Shown here piece by piece: positions 9,139 to 19,251 of a stretch of DNA of 64,000 nt. The stretch's first letter is position 1. Each line of letters begins with the position of its first letter. A program made the position numbers and the translations under genes. This DNA comes from Fibrobacteria bacterium. Lineage in GTDB: Bacteria; Fibrobacterota; Chitinivibrionia; Chitinivibrionales; FEN-1185. Below the pieces are notes generated by a model, which made no database searches, was not told the DNA's origin, and saw only the letters and a list, made by a program, of their open reading frames with translations. The DNA lies in assembly GCA_037447435.1 (NCBI GenBank), contig JBBIGR010000011.1, forward strand, positions 1-64,000, written 5' to 3'.

Positions 9139-10779
9139 CTAATCTTTAACTAAAATCTTAGTTGCCACAGTATGAGAAGATCCGTCCTTTTTCTCAATAT
9201 TTACAGATGCAATATACGCGCCGTTACCGACTTTTAGACCGAAATAATTTTTTAAGTCCCAGGAAACCGATTTGTCCGACTCGCATGCTCTGGAGAAAAC
9301 GGTTCGCCCGCTTAGGTCTTTTATCTGAAGCAAAGCCGATTTCATTGTGCCTCCCGAAAAACCAAAATCGAATTTCTTTACGTTTGCATTATATGCGGCG
9401 GTAAGTCCGTTTCCCTGATGCAGGATATTGCTTCGGGAATTTGCAACTTCAGTGATGGTTCCGTTCCATGGGACCGAAAGGATAGTCGTAGAATTTGAGG
9501 GGAGTGAAACGTTCGATTGTTTGCATGCTATTTCTTTTACGGTCCCCGAGGTATAATCCATCAAGGAAAGGCTGTTAACCGTACCGGATCCCGATTTTGT
9601 TATTACCTTTAAGAAAAATGTTCCCTGCCCTCCGGCAACATCAGCCTGAAAGTCCGTTAGGTCAAGTCCGATTTCTATAGTGGAGCTCTTGCCTGAACCG
9701 CACATCGGGACCGAACCGCCGGCATAATTGAATGCGCCTTGATAATCCTTGGTTTTGGTAGGAGCGGAGGCTGTGGCGCTGTTTGCCACGCCGGTCATAA
9801 TACAAACTTGATTACGTTGCGCATGTGTCAATGTGACTTTGAACGTTAATTTGGGGGTATAATTTTTCTTGATTCTGCAAAACATGACATATTTATTGCT
9901 TTCGCATCCGCCGCCCTGCGCATACCATGCTCCGCCTTTACGAAGCAATCCAAAGGGGCACCAATAATCCCCGTCGCCCCATCCGGATTGAATCAGCCAG
10001 CTGCCGCCGGCGTGGTTCATATCGTATCCGCAGATGGTCAACGCATGTCCGCCGCTGCCGCCCAAACTGGTGAAAGTTTTTCTCCCGTTTGTGGTTGTCG
10101 TAGGCATGGCATCACTATTTGCCTGAAATGATAAAAGCGCTCCTGCAGGAGATTGATCGCCATAATCATACACAATTTGTCTTACCAATTCATCGGCAGC
10201 AGTTGTGGCCATATCAATTTTATAATATTGATCAATCCGAATCTTCATTGCGGTATAATATTTGTCATACCCGGTCATCCAGGCATTAGTCTGATCAACG
10301 GAACCGTCAAATCCGCCGAAATCGGTACTGGTAGGGCAGCCGGTTTCTTTTAAAATGTCGAAAGCTTCCACATACATCCAGCCGTCTCCGCCTGTCGATT
10401 GATTAGCGCTATTTAAAAAATGATAGGTATAATTATATGTGTACATCGGATTGCTTCCGGATGTAGTAAGATTTAATCCGGATTGAACGGCATAATCATA
10501 GCTGTAGGAAACCGCGCTTGCATTCGCACAACTCCAACCGTCGATACACCAACCTGTAGGCGGCATATATTTCTTGTAATTTGCATCTGTTTCATGGTTT
10601 ACAACTGCGGGTAAGGGATGAGCATTTCTGTCGCTGTAAATAGCGGGCAACACAAAATCGGGTATTGCCGCAATTTTATTGGCGTCCATGGTTCCAAATT
10701 GCTTGCGAATGACTGTTTGTGCTTGAGAACCAAAATAACCCAAACTCACAGTCAAAAATAGTAGCACAAACCGTTTCAT
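9139..10779 (-). CDS. Secreted papain-fold (C1A-like) cysteine peptidase homologue with T9SS-CTD-like C-terminus (paralog 1)
   Basis: Same motifs as its neighbour (GWSCANAS, GGHALTICGYD, SGWG); tail IKDLSGRTV..WDLKNYFGLKVGNGAY..KILVKD. Confidence 0.8.
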   Translation of the reverse strand: MKRFVLLFLTVSLGYFGSQAQTVIRKQFGTMDANKIAAIPDFVLPAIYSDRNAHPLPAVVNHETDANYKKYMPPTGWCIDGWSCANASAVSYSYDYAVQSGLNLTTSGSNPMYTYNYTYHFLNSANQSTGGDGWMYVEAFDILKETGCPTSTDFGGFDGSVDQTNAWMTGYDKYYTAMKIRIDQYYKIDMATTAADELVRQIVYDYGDQSPAGALLSFQANSDAMPTTTTNGRKTFTSLGGSGGHALTICGYDMNHAGGSWLIQSGWGDGDYWCPFGLLRKGGAWYAQGGGCESNKYVMFCRIKKNYTPKLTFKVTLTHAQRNQVCIMTGVANSATASAPTKTKDYQGAFNYAGGSVPMCGSGKSSTIEIGLDLTDFQADVAGGQGTFFLKVITKSGSGTVNSLSLMDYTSGTVKEIACKQSNVSLPSNSTTILSVPWNGTITEVANSRSNILHQGNGLTAAYNANVKKFDFGFSGGTMKSALLQIKDLSGRTVFSRACESDKSVSWDLKNYFGLKVGNGAYIASVNIEKKDGSSHTVATKILVKD

Positions 10780-10980
10780 AAGAGCCCCCTCTTTAAAGAA
10801 TAGTTAAGCGATTAAAATTTATATATTTTGTTCCAAATCAAACTGTAACAATTTCAAATAATTAAAAAAACAAGTAAGTTATATGGTCTATCTATTTGAA
10901 ATATAACAGTATTTAAAAAAAAAGACGTAAAAAAATAGAAATAATATTAAAACATGTGAAATATTTATCATAATTAATAC

Positions 10981-12249
10981 CTATTTCAACCAACTTGGAT
11001 CCTCGCTAAATCCTGCAGGAACTTCAACCCAAAACCATGGCCAATAAAAACCGGAATTATCTTCTGGGATGCCGCTATATTTTATTGTATCGGGTCTAAG
11101 AATTTCCAAATAGGTTGAATCTTTAATATTCAAAACGTAAATACGTTCCTGGTATTGAGAGTGTTCATACCCAGAGTTGACCGAAAATACCCGATTAATA
11201 TTTATTGTCGCTGCTGCAAAATACGGATGGTTTGACCACTCGCAATGATGCCATTTCACACCTTGAAAGGACGGTGGTGTCGATTCTATCGAATAAGTAA
11301 ATTTGCCAGAATCGGGACATAAAAATCCTTTGACCAAGGCTCCGGAATAATTGCTGATAAGGACTGCTTGCCACATTGAATAAGGTTTACCAAATGGAGA
11401 AGTGCTATTGTCCCCAAAATTCAAATACATCATCGTATTTGAAAAAAGCCTGCTGGACGAAATTGAAGCATTGCATGATTGAATGTGATGCCATGATAAA
11501 ATGTTCGGCTGGGTCTTTGCAGTGTTGGAAAGGTCGAGCATGGCAACACTGTCTCCGCCGCCGCATAAATAGCGCGAATCCCAAGAAAGACCGCCGGTAT
11601 ATCCGCCGTAACCGCACAGTATTTGCGGTTGACCAACAATTGGAGATGTCCCGGAAATATCGACATCCACTTTCATGGTAGCACCGTGGCCTTCCCAGGC
11701 ACGGTTCGGTGCTTCCGTCGGATAAATAATTGTCAATTTTCCGGAAACGTTTTGCATGAAACGCGGTTCCCGAGCACTGTCTGCAGCGACGAGTATCGGT
11801 TGGGCTGTTTCTTCAAGCCTGCACACATATACCGAGCTTTTTGTGCCGGCAACCTGACCGGCTTCTATGCCTTCGACCGGTCCCGAGGCATAGGTGACCC
11901 AGTTTCCATCAGGAGAAATCACCGGCACTGCAGGATCTTTTGCCTGAGCAATGGTATGAATAATCGGCGGATTTGCATTTTCAGAAAAGTCAACATAGCA
12001 TAACGTTCTTGTCGACGATGTAAAGTCAACATACACGAGTTTTGCATGGGTTCCGCCATTGCCCGCAGCAATGAATTTCTTTACCGAATCGGCGGAGGTT
12101 GAAAACACGGGCTTGAAAATGCCGATTGATTGTACCGGTTGAGTCACGGATTTGGATGGACTGCAGGTTGATAAAAAGAAAAGTAGAAAAAATGCAAAAA
12201 TAGTGTATGTCTTTTTTAAAACCGTCTGGTTAAGCGCATTAATAGACAT
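10981..12249 (-). CDS. Lipoprotein with TolB/PD40-like propeller, resembling part of Fibrobacter TIGR02171 proteins
   Basis: Lipobox-like FLSTC; KLVYVD..LCYVDF..PVISPDGNWVTYAS; WHHCEWSNHP; C-terminal WPWFWV. Confidence 0.65.
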   Translation of the reverse strand: MSINALNQTVLKKTYTIFAFFLLFFLSTCSPSKSVTQPVQSIGIFKPVFSTSADSVKKFIAAGNGGTHAKLVYVDFTSSTRTLCYVDFSENANPPIIHTIAQAKDPAVPVISPDGNWVTYASGPVEGIEAGQVAGTKSSVYVCRLEETAQPILVAADSAREPRFMQNVSGKLTIIYPTEAPNRAWEGHGATMKVDVDISGTSPIVGQPQILCGYGGYTGGLSWDSRYLCGGGDSVAMLDLSNTAKTQPNILSWHHIQSCNASISSSRLFSNTMMYLNFGDNSTSPFGKPYSMWQAVLISNYSGALVKGFLCPDSGKFTYSIESTPPSFQGVKWHHCEWSNHPYFAAATININRVFSVNSGYEHSQYQERIYVLNIKDSTYLEILRPDTIKYSGIPEDNSGFYWPWFWVEVPAGFSEDPSWLK

Positions 12250-12347
12250 TTTGACTCTTTCTAAAAGCTGGTTTGATTTGTAGTGATCAAGGCCTTAATT
12301 GATTTAAGGTTATTTTCATTTAAGGCCTTTTTACAGTGTGGATTAAT

Positions 12348-12842
12348 TTAATTATGGAAGAAAAAGTATCCCGATTTTCTTGTTATTTGTTTAGGTGGGT
12401 AAGAAATTACCTCAGCCAGTATACCTTTATTTAAAAAATCGGTTTTGGTTAAATTGGCAAATGTTACGGGATTAACCTGGCTTGTGTCAAGACCTTTCCA
12501 TGCAATTTGATAGGTGCTGCCGTCTGTATTGGCCAGACTGACGGAGTCTTTCATTTTTATCCAGTTTTTTCCGGAATCCAAACTGAATTGCATAGTAAAA
12601 GATCGAAGCGCGGGAGTACCGATAGAGTCGGGATTTCCGATCCATTTTACGGTGATCAAAGAATCGAATTTGTAATTTTCCCCGCCAATTGGCGATACAA
12701 GTGTCATTGCTGTTGCAGGAGCCGGAGCAGGATTAGTTGAACTGTCGCATTGCATCATTGTAAAAGAAAACAATGATACTACCCCAACGGTTAAACACAC
12801 TTTTTTTAAAGTCATTTTCGCGAAACGGATTTTTGAAGACAT
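12348..12842 (-). CDS. Hypothetical lipoprotein (Ig-like domain)
   Basis: Hydrophobic N-terminus ending MMQC; LVSPIGGE..W..FSLDSGKNW motif; GAGG RBS before the ATG at 12842. Confidence 0.7.
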   Translation of the reverse strand: MSSKIRFAKMTLKKVCLTVGVVSLFSFTMMQCDSSTNPAPAPATAMTLVSPIGGENYKFDSLITVKWIGNPDSIGTPALRSFTMQFSLDSGKNWIKMKDSVSLANTDGSTYQIAWKGLDTSQVNPVTFANLTKTDFLNKGILAEVISYPPKQITRKSGYFFFHN

Positions 12843-12899
12843 TTGAAACACCTCTCAATTGATTTTTGTAAATATTTAAGAAAAAACAAATACAGCAAC

Positions 12900-13173
12900 T
12901 TCTTTAGAATTGCAAAAAACCACGGCTTAAAGCATACGAATCCTTGCTCTCTATTATTTCCACATTGTTGTCTTTCTGAAGCATAGGTTATTCTGCCATT
13001 AGCGCCTGTTTCATTATATCCCATACAACCGATTCCGTCAACACCGGAATTGTTAATCAAATTAGGCTACCAGTCCCAATTTGGCGCATTGGCACCCATG
13101 TAATCACCGGACTGGAGAAAACCAGGCATGTAAGCGTAATACAAGCTATTAAGAAAACTGTTTTAATATTCAT
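12900..13173 (-). pseudogene. Probable degraded secreted-protein gene (38-codon ORF 13057-13173 plus a frameshifted continuation)
   Basis: AAGGA RBS, then MNIKTVFLIACITLTCLVFSS-PVITWVP (signal-peptide-like) stopping at 13057. Protein-like NNSGVDGIGCMGYNETGANGRITYAS continues in another frame. The 3' limit is uncertain. Confidence 0.4.
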
Positions 13174-13222
13174 AAAGGATAAATCCTTAATAGTAATCGA
13201 TTAATAAAACGCTTTAATAAAA

Positions 13223-13332
13223 CCCCGGTCAAAATGTTGTGTTTAATGCTGCTGAATAATCCAGCAAGCTCTCCCCCGTCAATGTATTGCTCTTTGGGTG
13301 GGGGGGGAGGAGAGACAACACAATAACCGGGG
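13223..13332 (-). ncRNA. Candidate structured RNA element (multi-helix junction), family not recognised
   Basis: Nested complementary segments CCCCGGT/ACCGGGG, TTGTGTT/AACACAA, TGCTG/CAGCA and CTCTCC/GGAGAG; followed by TTTTATT on the minus strand. Confidence 0.45.
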
Positions 13333-13349
13333 GATTGCTGCCGGAAATT

Positions 13350-14612
13350 TTATGGAATTACATTTTTAATATCCATTCCGTTTAATGCTACATTGTCAAG
13401 CCATAATTCAACGGTGTCGCCCAAATTGTTTTCAGGAGCTTTTGCAATAAATGCAATGGAATAAATGGATTGTGCCGCCCTTGTCCATGCAATCCCGTTT
13501 TTAGACGCCGGTGATGGGATGATTAATGAATCAGTAGAGACAACCATTTTTGACCATGCTGCAGGAATTGAAATAATATATGAAAATTGGTTGTCCGAAT
13601 TCCCGGAAATCGAATCCAGTAATCGTGAATAAAAACGTACTTCGGTTTTGCCTTTGCCTTTAGCCATAAAAGACAAGCTTGTTAATTTTGACAAATCCAT
13701 TGAATTTGCAGGTGTGTTCCTGCCAAGGCTAAAACCGGCAATCGTCCATGCATCCCAAATGTAGTTTGAGCCCAACACCGACGATATAAAAAGAGAAGGG
13801 CCTGAAAATGATGAATCACTATTTATCACGCTCATATTGAGCGATGAATAACCGCCTTCATTGTTGTCGTTGACCGTATACCAGTTGCTTCCTCCAATGA
13901 GACGTCCCAGATCGGTTTGCATGAGACCAACAGTGAAATCATCTATGTGGATTTGATTTCCAGACGATAAAAGAGCATTATTGGATAAGGTCGAACCAGC
14001 ATTGAGGGACATACTGGAAATAAAAGTGGTTCGAATCCTGTTATCTATGTTGACGTCGGAGAAAACAGCATAGTCGCCCTCGGCGATGGCTTTTGAAGAA
14101 TAATCTGATCCTTCGGAAATTGGAATCGAATAGGTGGAACCCGACAAACGTAATTGTTGCGGATAACCGCTGTCGCACATGAGCGTACCGGAAACAGAAG
14201 CATATGGTTTGCATGAAAAAGAATAAACAGTGTCTTTTAATGAATCAATAAAGTGGTCGCAATTCCGAGTTAAAAGTCCTTCTGTTTTGCTATCAATCTG
14301 GATGTTCCAACTTGTTTCGCTTGGGCATTTAAAAAAGAAATTGCCTTTTGAATCCGATTTTGTACTATCAATAACAATATTTTGATTGTTTAAAATTCTT
14401 ATCAGCCAAGAGGCGTTGTGAACAAAATGAATTGTAGCACCCGCAATTGGCGCACCCGAACTACTGGTAACGATGCCGGCAATCGTTTTAGTGTTCGGGT
14501 AATCGGTTCCGCCAGAGCTTGCGACAGTGTTGCGCGAACATTGAAACAATGTTGCGGCAATCAAAATTGCAAAAACGATTATCCTGGATTGCCTGACAAA
14601 AAGCATAGTCAT
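13350..14612 (-). CDS. Lipoprotein: carboxypeptidase-regulatory-like N-domain plus C-terminal CBM11/CIA30-like galactose-binding fold
   Basis: LFQC lipobox, SGGTDYPN; IHIDDF, WYTVND, DLSKLTSLSFMAKGKG, LWLDNV. Confidence 0.7.
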   Translation of the reverse strand: MTMLFVRQSRIIVFAILIAATLFQCSRNTVASSGGTDYPNTKTIAGIVTSSSGAPIAGATIHFVHNASWLIRILNNQNIVIDSTKSDSKGNFFFKCPSETSWNIQIDSKTEGLLTRNCDHFIDSLKDTVYSFSCKPYASVSGTLMCDSGYPQQLRLSGSTYSIPISEGSDYSSKAIAEGDYAVFSDVNIDNRIRTTFISSMSLNAGSTLSNNALLSSGNQIHIDDFTVGLMQTDLGRLIGGSNWYTVNDNNEGGYSSLNMSVINSDSSFSGPSLFISSVLGSNYIWDAWTIAGFSLGRNTPANSMDLSKLTSLSFMAKGKGKTEVRFYSRLLDSISGNSDNQFSYIISIPAAWSKMVVSTDSLIIPSPASKNGIAWTRAAQSIYSIAFIAKAPENNLGDTVELWLDNVALNGMDIKNVIP

Positions 14613-15472
14613 TCCCCTTGATTACCAGAGGATCGGTTGATAGTTGCGATTGGAAACATCTGGATGTTAAGAGCTATGATTTTATCAACCTCGATTTTGT
14701 TGTCTTCATGCAGTAAAATTTCTTGTCGTAACGCATCGATTTTTTCACAAAATAATGCATATGTCTTTTCACTGATGCCTTTCAACGTCATGGAAATATG
14801 GCGTTGTTCCTTCGGCATTTCTTCCATTGCATGGATGGATGCTTCTATAAATGTCCGTTTGACATCATTGACAACCGAATGGGGCATATCCTGGTAGGAA
14901 ATCGAGTTGTTGCCCGCCGTACTGTATTCCCCAGTGCTTTCATTAAAAAAAACCATTTTCCATTTTACTAATTTGCAAAGCGCTTGGGCAACTTCTGCAG
15001 TGGAAAGCTTTAAATTTATAAGCGCGTTGGCTATTTCCTTCGGGGGGACTGGTGCATTTCTGCAAAGCAAATATTCCCGAATGACCGGATATCGCCATGA
15101 AGCAAAATATTCCATTGTTCTATTTTCAAGAATGGTCGATAGATTGACCTTACGAATTTTGGCCAATTTTTCGGAAATTGCGATTTTGTCTTCCGGTTTT
15201 TTTGTTTTTTCTTTGACGACTAAAAGAGTGAAATATTCTTGTTCATCACCTTTTAATTCTAACGCTTTAATGAATCCTGCAATATGTCGAGAGCCGATTT
15301 TTTTCCTTTTTGCCAATACGTCGGAAAGAAAAGCATTGGCATTTATCCCGGCGGCATTGAGAAAATCTCTTTGTGTAAATCCAAACCGCTTGGCATAATT
15401 GTACCATTCTTTGAGGAAGTCAACATGATCTTCAAAGACGAAAACAGGGGTACTTAAGCGGTTTTTCTTCAT
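14609..15472 (-). CDS. TIGR02147-family protein (N-terminal HTH, DUF4423-like)
   Basis: VFxFxDHxDFLKEWY..F..AGI...FL.DV...K; EYFxxLV; YFASWRYPVIRE; EQRHIS; LNIQMFP. Start taken at the ATG at 15472. Confidence 0.85.
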   Translation of the reverse strand: MKKNRLSTPVFVFEDHVDFLKEWYNYAKRFGFTQRDFLNAAGINANAFLSDVLAKRKKIGSRHIAGFIKALELKGDEQEYFTLLVVKEKTKKPEDKIAISEKLAKIRKVNLSTILENRTMEYFASWRYPVIREYLLCRNAPVPPKEIANALINLKLSTAEVAQALCKLVKWKMVFFNESTGEYSTAGNNSISYQDMPHSVVNDVKRTFIEASIHAMEEMPKEQRHISMTLKGISEKTYALFCEKIDALRQEILLHEDNKIEVDKIIALNIQMFPIATINRSSGNQGE

Positions 15473-15604
15473 TTGTAGATAATATAATACGAAAAAAATG
15501 AAAATACACAAAAAAATGTAACAACGTTCTTTAACTTATTGAAAAATATAATAAATTTATTTTATTTAATTCAAAAATGGGTATTTCTTCACTTGGTTTA
15601 AACA

Positions 15605-16492
15605 TTAATTTTTCAATAATACCAAAACCAATGCAACGATTATAAGCAATGACCCAATAAATCTTTTAAAAAAGATTTTTTTTCCGAGCATTCTTTCATT
15701 ATTTCCTAATAAATTTCCTAAAAACCAGGCTAAAGCTACGCTCCACATTCCTCGAGAGCTGAATACGATATTTATTTCGGTGGCTTTTTGGAATCTGCTT
15801 AAGGCAATTGCCATCAAAGTTGTTTGTAATCCAATACACAGGACGCTGATTGTCATTGGTATTAAAATCGACTTGCTAAGATTAAGTTTGTTTTTAAGGA
15901 ATAGCGGGAAAAAGCCTAAGGACAAAATGGTGACGAAAACGAATACGACGAAAACAAGATTGTCAGGACCATACTGCGGGGACCATTTTTGGAGGTAAAT
16001 ATCGCTTAATGCAAAACATAAAGCACAAAGCAGTGAAAATAGAACCGTCGGTAAAAAACTTTTTTCCCCATTACTATCGTTTCCGCGTAATAAAAAAAGT
16101 GCAAATATTGTCAAAATCGCCGCACACCACAAAAGCAATGGGACCGGTAAATGTAAAAGGATCACCGTAAAAAAAGCAACCATTAAAACCTTGGTTCCAA
16201 GCATTGGGGTTGCAACAGAAACATCGCCGTATTTTAGAGCGAGAAGCGAAAACGTTTGACCGGCAACAAATAAACCACCTATAATTGCTGGCGGCAATAA
16301 TGGTATTGCCGTTACCGACTTCTGGCCCCAAAAGTACAAAGGTACAACAAAAATAAAAGTTCCAAGATTTGACATGAAATTAAGAAACCAGATATTGAGC
16401 CCTTTTTCCAGCACATTTTTAAAAAGCATTGCTGCAAAGGTGTAAACAATTGCGCTAAGGAAGGGAAAAAGCAAAAATAAATGATTGTGCAT
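15605..16492 (-). CDS. DMT/EamA-family transporter
   Basis: About 10 hydrophobic segments; ALKYGDVSVATP motif. Start probably MHNHLF. Confidence 0.85.
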   Translation of the reverse strand: MHNHLFLLFPFLSAIVYTFAAMLFKNVLEKGLNIWFLNFMSNLGTFIFVVPLYFWGQKSVTAIPLLPPAIIGGLFVAGQTFSLLALKYGDVSVATPMLGTKVLMVAFFTVILLHLPVPLLLWCAAILTIFALFLLRGNDSNGEKSFLPTVLFSLLCALCFALSDIYLQKWSPQYGPDNLVFVVFVFVTILSLGFFPLFLKNKLNLSKSILIPMTISVLCIGLQTTLMAIALSRFQKATEINIVFSSRGMWSVALAWFLGNLLGNNERMLGKKIFFKRFIGSLLIIVALVLVLLKN

Positions 16493-16629
16493 GAGTCTAC
16501 TTTTGGTCTTGAAATACTTTGAAGTGCCATTTTCGCACATTGTTAAATTAATTGAGTAAATACGGATTAGGAAAAAAATGAATTTTCAAATATTGACTCT
16601 TTCTATTAATACAACATATTTTAAATAGA

Positions 16630-17334
16630 TTGTCTGGAATTCTCGATATTTCAAAAAAGGCTTCAAGGGATATGATCATTGCAATAGACGGACCTGCCGG
16701 TTCTGGGAAAAGTTCAACGGCAAAAATGGTTGCTTCCCGTCTAAAGATTGTTCATTTGGATACCGGAGCGATGTACAGAGCCATTACCTTGAAATGTTTA
16801 CGGAATAAAATCGATTTCCATGATCATGAGAAAATCGGAGCGTTGCTTGTCAATACGGAAATTCGGTTTACCGGTACCCCGCCGACGATGACGGTGTGGA
16901 TGGATGACGAGGACGTCAGTGTTGCTATCCGGAGCGATGAGGTTACAAAAAATGTTTCCGATTATTGCGCCGTGCCCGTTGTTCGAACTAATCTTGTGGG
17001 TTTGCAAAGGAAAATCGGTAACGCTCAATCTACCGTATGTGAAGGTCGCGACATCGGAACCGTTGTTTTTCCCCGCGCCGACATTAAATTTTTTATGGTT
17101 GCATCGGTAGAAGAACGTGCGAAACGCAGACAAAAGGATTTTGAAAAAATCGGGATTTCAAAAAGCATTTCTGAGCTGATGTCGGAAATCGCCGAACGCG
17201 ACAAAAAGGATTCTACCCGTTCCAATAGCCCGCTTATCAAGGCGGAAGATGCAGTTGAGTTGGATACTACTAATATGACTTTAGAGAATCAGGTCGATTA
17301 TATCGTTGAAAAAGTTGAGAAAATGTTTCGATAA
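16630..17334 (+). CDS. cmk: Cytidylate kinase
   Basis: IAIDGPAGSGKSS, LDTGAMYR, EGRDIGTVVFP, RDKKDSTR. Real start may be the ATG at 16672. Confidence 0.97.
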   Translation: MSGILDISKKASRDMIIAIDGPAGSGKSSTAKMVASRLKIVHLDTGAMYRAITLKCLRNKIDFHDHEKIGALLVNTEIRFTGTPPTMTVWMDDEDVSVAIRSDEVTKNVSDYCAVPVVRTNLVGLQRKIGNAQSTVCEGRDIGTVVFPRADIKFFMVASVEERAKRRQKDFEKIGISKSISELMSEIAERDKKDSTRSNSPLIKAEDAVELDTTNMTLENQVDYIVEKVEKMFR

Positions 17335-17390
17335 TTGTTACGTTTCTTTTTAATTTTATAAAACCTTAACCTAATTTGTCAGGAGTTCCT

Positions 17391-19175
17391 ATGTCAGCGT
17401 CTGCAGTAAAGGCGATTAAAGGACATTCGGCGGTTGATGCAAGTGGAAATAATGTCGATCTGTCCGACTTTGAGGAAAGTTATTACAAAGCCGATGAAGT
17501 GCAAACTACCCTGGAACAGTACAAGCAATCTTTGGAAGGCATCGAAGAGGGTAAAGTTGTCAAAGGCAAAATCCTCAAGATCACCGAAAAGGAAGTATTT
17601 GTAGATGTCAATTTTAAATCCGAAGGCATCATTCCGCTCGCAGAGTTTAAAGACGTTGCTTCATACAAAGTGGGGGATGAGATAGAGGTTTTTCTTGAAC
17701 AGGTCGAAGACAGCGAAGGACAACTCATTCTCTCGAAGTCCCGCGCCGATTTCCTCCGCGTTTGGGACAGAATTTATCTTGCATATGAGAATCAGGAAAC
17801 AGTTGAAGGCAAAATCCTTCGCCGGATTAAAGGCGGAGTTGTCGTTGATCTTTTTGGCGTCGATGCATTCTTGCCCGGATCACAAATCGACCTTCGACAA
17901 ATCCCAGATATGGATTCGCTGCTTGGAAAAACATTCAAATTCAGGGTTATTAAAGTCAATAAAGCTCGTCGCAATATTGTTGTTTCTCGTCGGGTTATTC
18001 TTGAAGAGGATCGCAATCAGCAGCGTGAAAAAATTCTTGCCGAACTTGAAAAAGCTCAAGTTCGCGAAGGAACTGTTAAAAACATCACCGATTTCGGTGC
18101 TTTCATTGATCTCGGCGGTGTCGATGGTCTCCTCCATATAACAGACATGTCCTGGGGACGGGTCAATCATCCTTCGGAAATTGTTGCACTCGGCGATAAA
18201 ATCAAAGTCAAGGTTCTCGATTTTAATGAAAACAAGGAACGTATTTCCCTCGGACTCAAACAGCTTTCCGAACATCCTTGGAAAGGTATTGAGGACAAAT
18301 TTCCGGAAGGAAATCGTGTTCGCGGTAAAATCGTTTCCATCACCGATTATGGTGCCTTCATGGAACTCGAAAAAGGAATCGAAGGACTTATCCATATTTC
18401 CGAAATGTCGTGGACACAACATATAAAACATCCGTCGAAAATCGTCGGAATTGGTGACATCGTTGAAGCAGTTGTTCTTAAAGTCGATAAAGAAAACCAG
18501 AAAATTTCCCTTGGTTTTAAGCAGTTAGAGCCTGATCCTTGGGGGAATGTGGTTGCGGAATTTCCAATCGGTTTGGTTGTTAAAGGCAAAGTCAGGAATA
18601 TTGCCGCATTCGGCGCGTTTGTCGAATTAAAGGAAGGCGTCGACGGACTTGTTCATATCTCCGATATGTCATGGACCAAGAAAGTCAACCATCCGGGCGA
18701 ATTGTTGCGCAAAGGCGACACTATTGATGTTAAAGTTCTTGATATCGATGTTGAAAAACGCAGGATTTCTCTTGGAGTCAAGCAACTTTCGGATGATCCG
18801 TGGGGCGAGCTTGCCGGGCAATATTCTGTCGGTACAGAAACGCAATGCCAGGTCGCTCGTATTCTCGATCGCGGAATGATCGTTAATTTATCCGAAACCG
18901 TCGAGGGGTTTATTCCTCTTAATCAATTAGGACAAAATCTCAATCATCCTTCCGAAGTTTACAAAGTAGACGACACCGTTCCAGCTGAAGTTGTGGAATT
19001 CGATATGGAAGGCCGAAAGATTATTCTGAGCATTTCCGAATATTTCAAAGGAAAAGAAGAAACTCTTTGGACCGAATACGAAGCATCACACAAACCGCAT
19101 AAAATTCCTAAGGCCGAAAAAACAGAAGCAAAGGCTGTTGAGGATATTGTTGAAGAAGAGGAAAAAGCAGAATAA
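17391..19175 (+). CDS. rpsA: 30S ribosomal protein S1
   Basis: Six S1 repeats (FGAFIDLGGVDGLLHITDMSW etc.); AGGAG RBS; cmk-rpsA synteny. Confidence 0.98.
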   Translation: MSASAVKAIKGHSAVDASGNNVDLSDFEESYYKADEVQTTLEQYKQSLEGIEEGKVVKGKILKITEKEVFVDVNFKSEGIIPLAEFKDVASYKVGDEIEVFLEQVEDSEGQLILSKSRADFLRVWDRIYLAYENQETVEGKILRRIKGGVVVDLFGVDAFLPGSQIDLRQIPDMDSLLGKTFKFRVIKVNKARRNIVVSRRVILEEDRNQQREKILAELEKAQVREGTVKNITDFGAFIDLGGVDGLLHITDMSWGRVNHPSEIVALGDKIKVKVLDFNENKERISLGLKQLSEHPWKGIEDKFPEGNRVRGKIVSITDYGAFMELEKGIEGLIHISEMSWTQHIKHPSKIVGIGDIVEAVVLKVDKENQKISLGFKQLEPDPWGNVVAEFPIGLVVKGKVRNIAAFGAFVELKEGVDGLVHISDMSWTKKVNHPGELLRKGDTIDVKVLDIDVEKRRISLGVKQLSDDPWGELAGQYSVGTETQCQVARILDRGMIVNLSETVEGFIPLNQLGQNLNHPSEVYKVDDTVPAEVVEFDMEGRKIILSISEYFKGKEETLWTEYEASHKPHKIPKAEKTEAKAVEDIVEEEEKAE

Positions 19176-19202
19176 TTTCATTCCTCATACGCCGTTATGT
19201 AC

Positions 19203-19238
19203 AAGAGGCAGTCGTGATTTTCACGATTGCCTCTTTTT
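19203..19238. terminator. Intrinsic terminator after rpsA
   Basis: AAGAGGCAGTCGTGA-ttt-TCACGATTGCCTCTT followed by a T-tract. Confidence 0.88.
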
Positions 19239-19251
19239 ATTGGAGTGCAAT

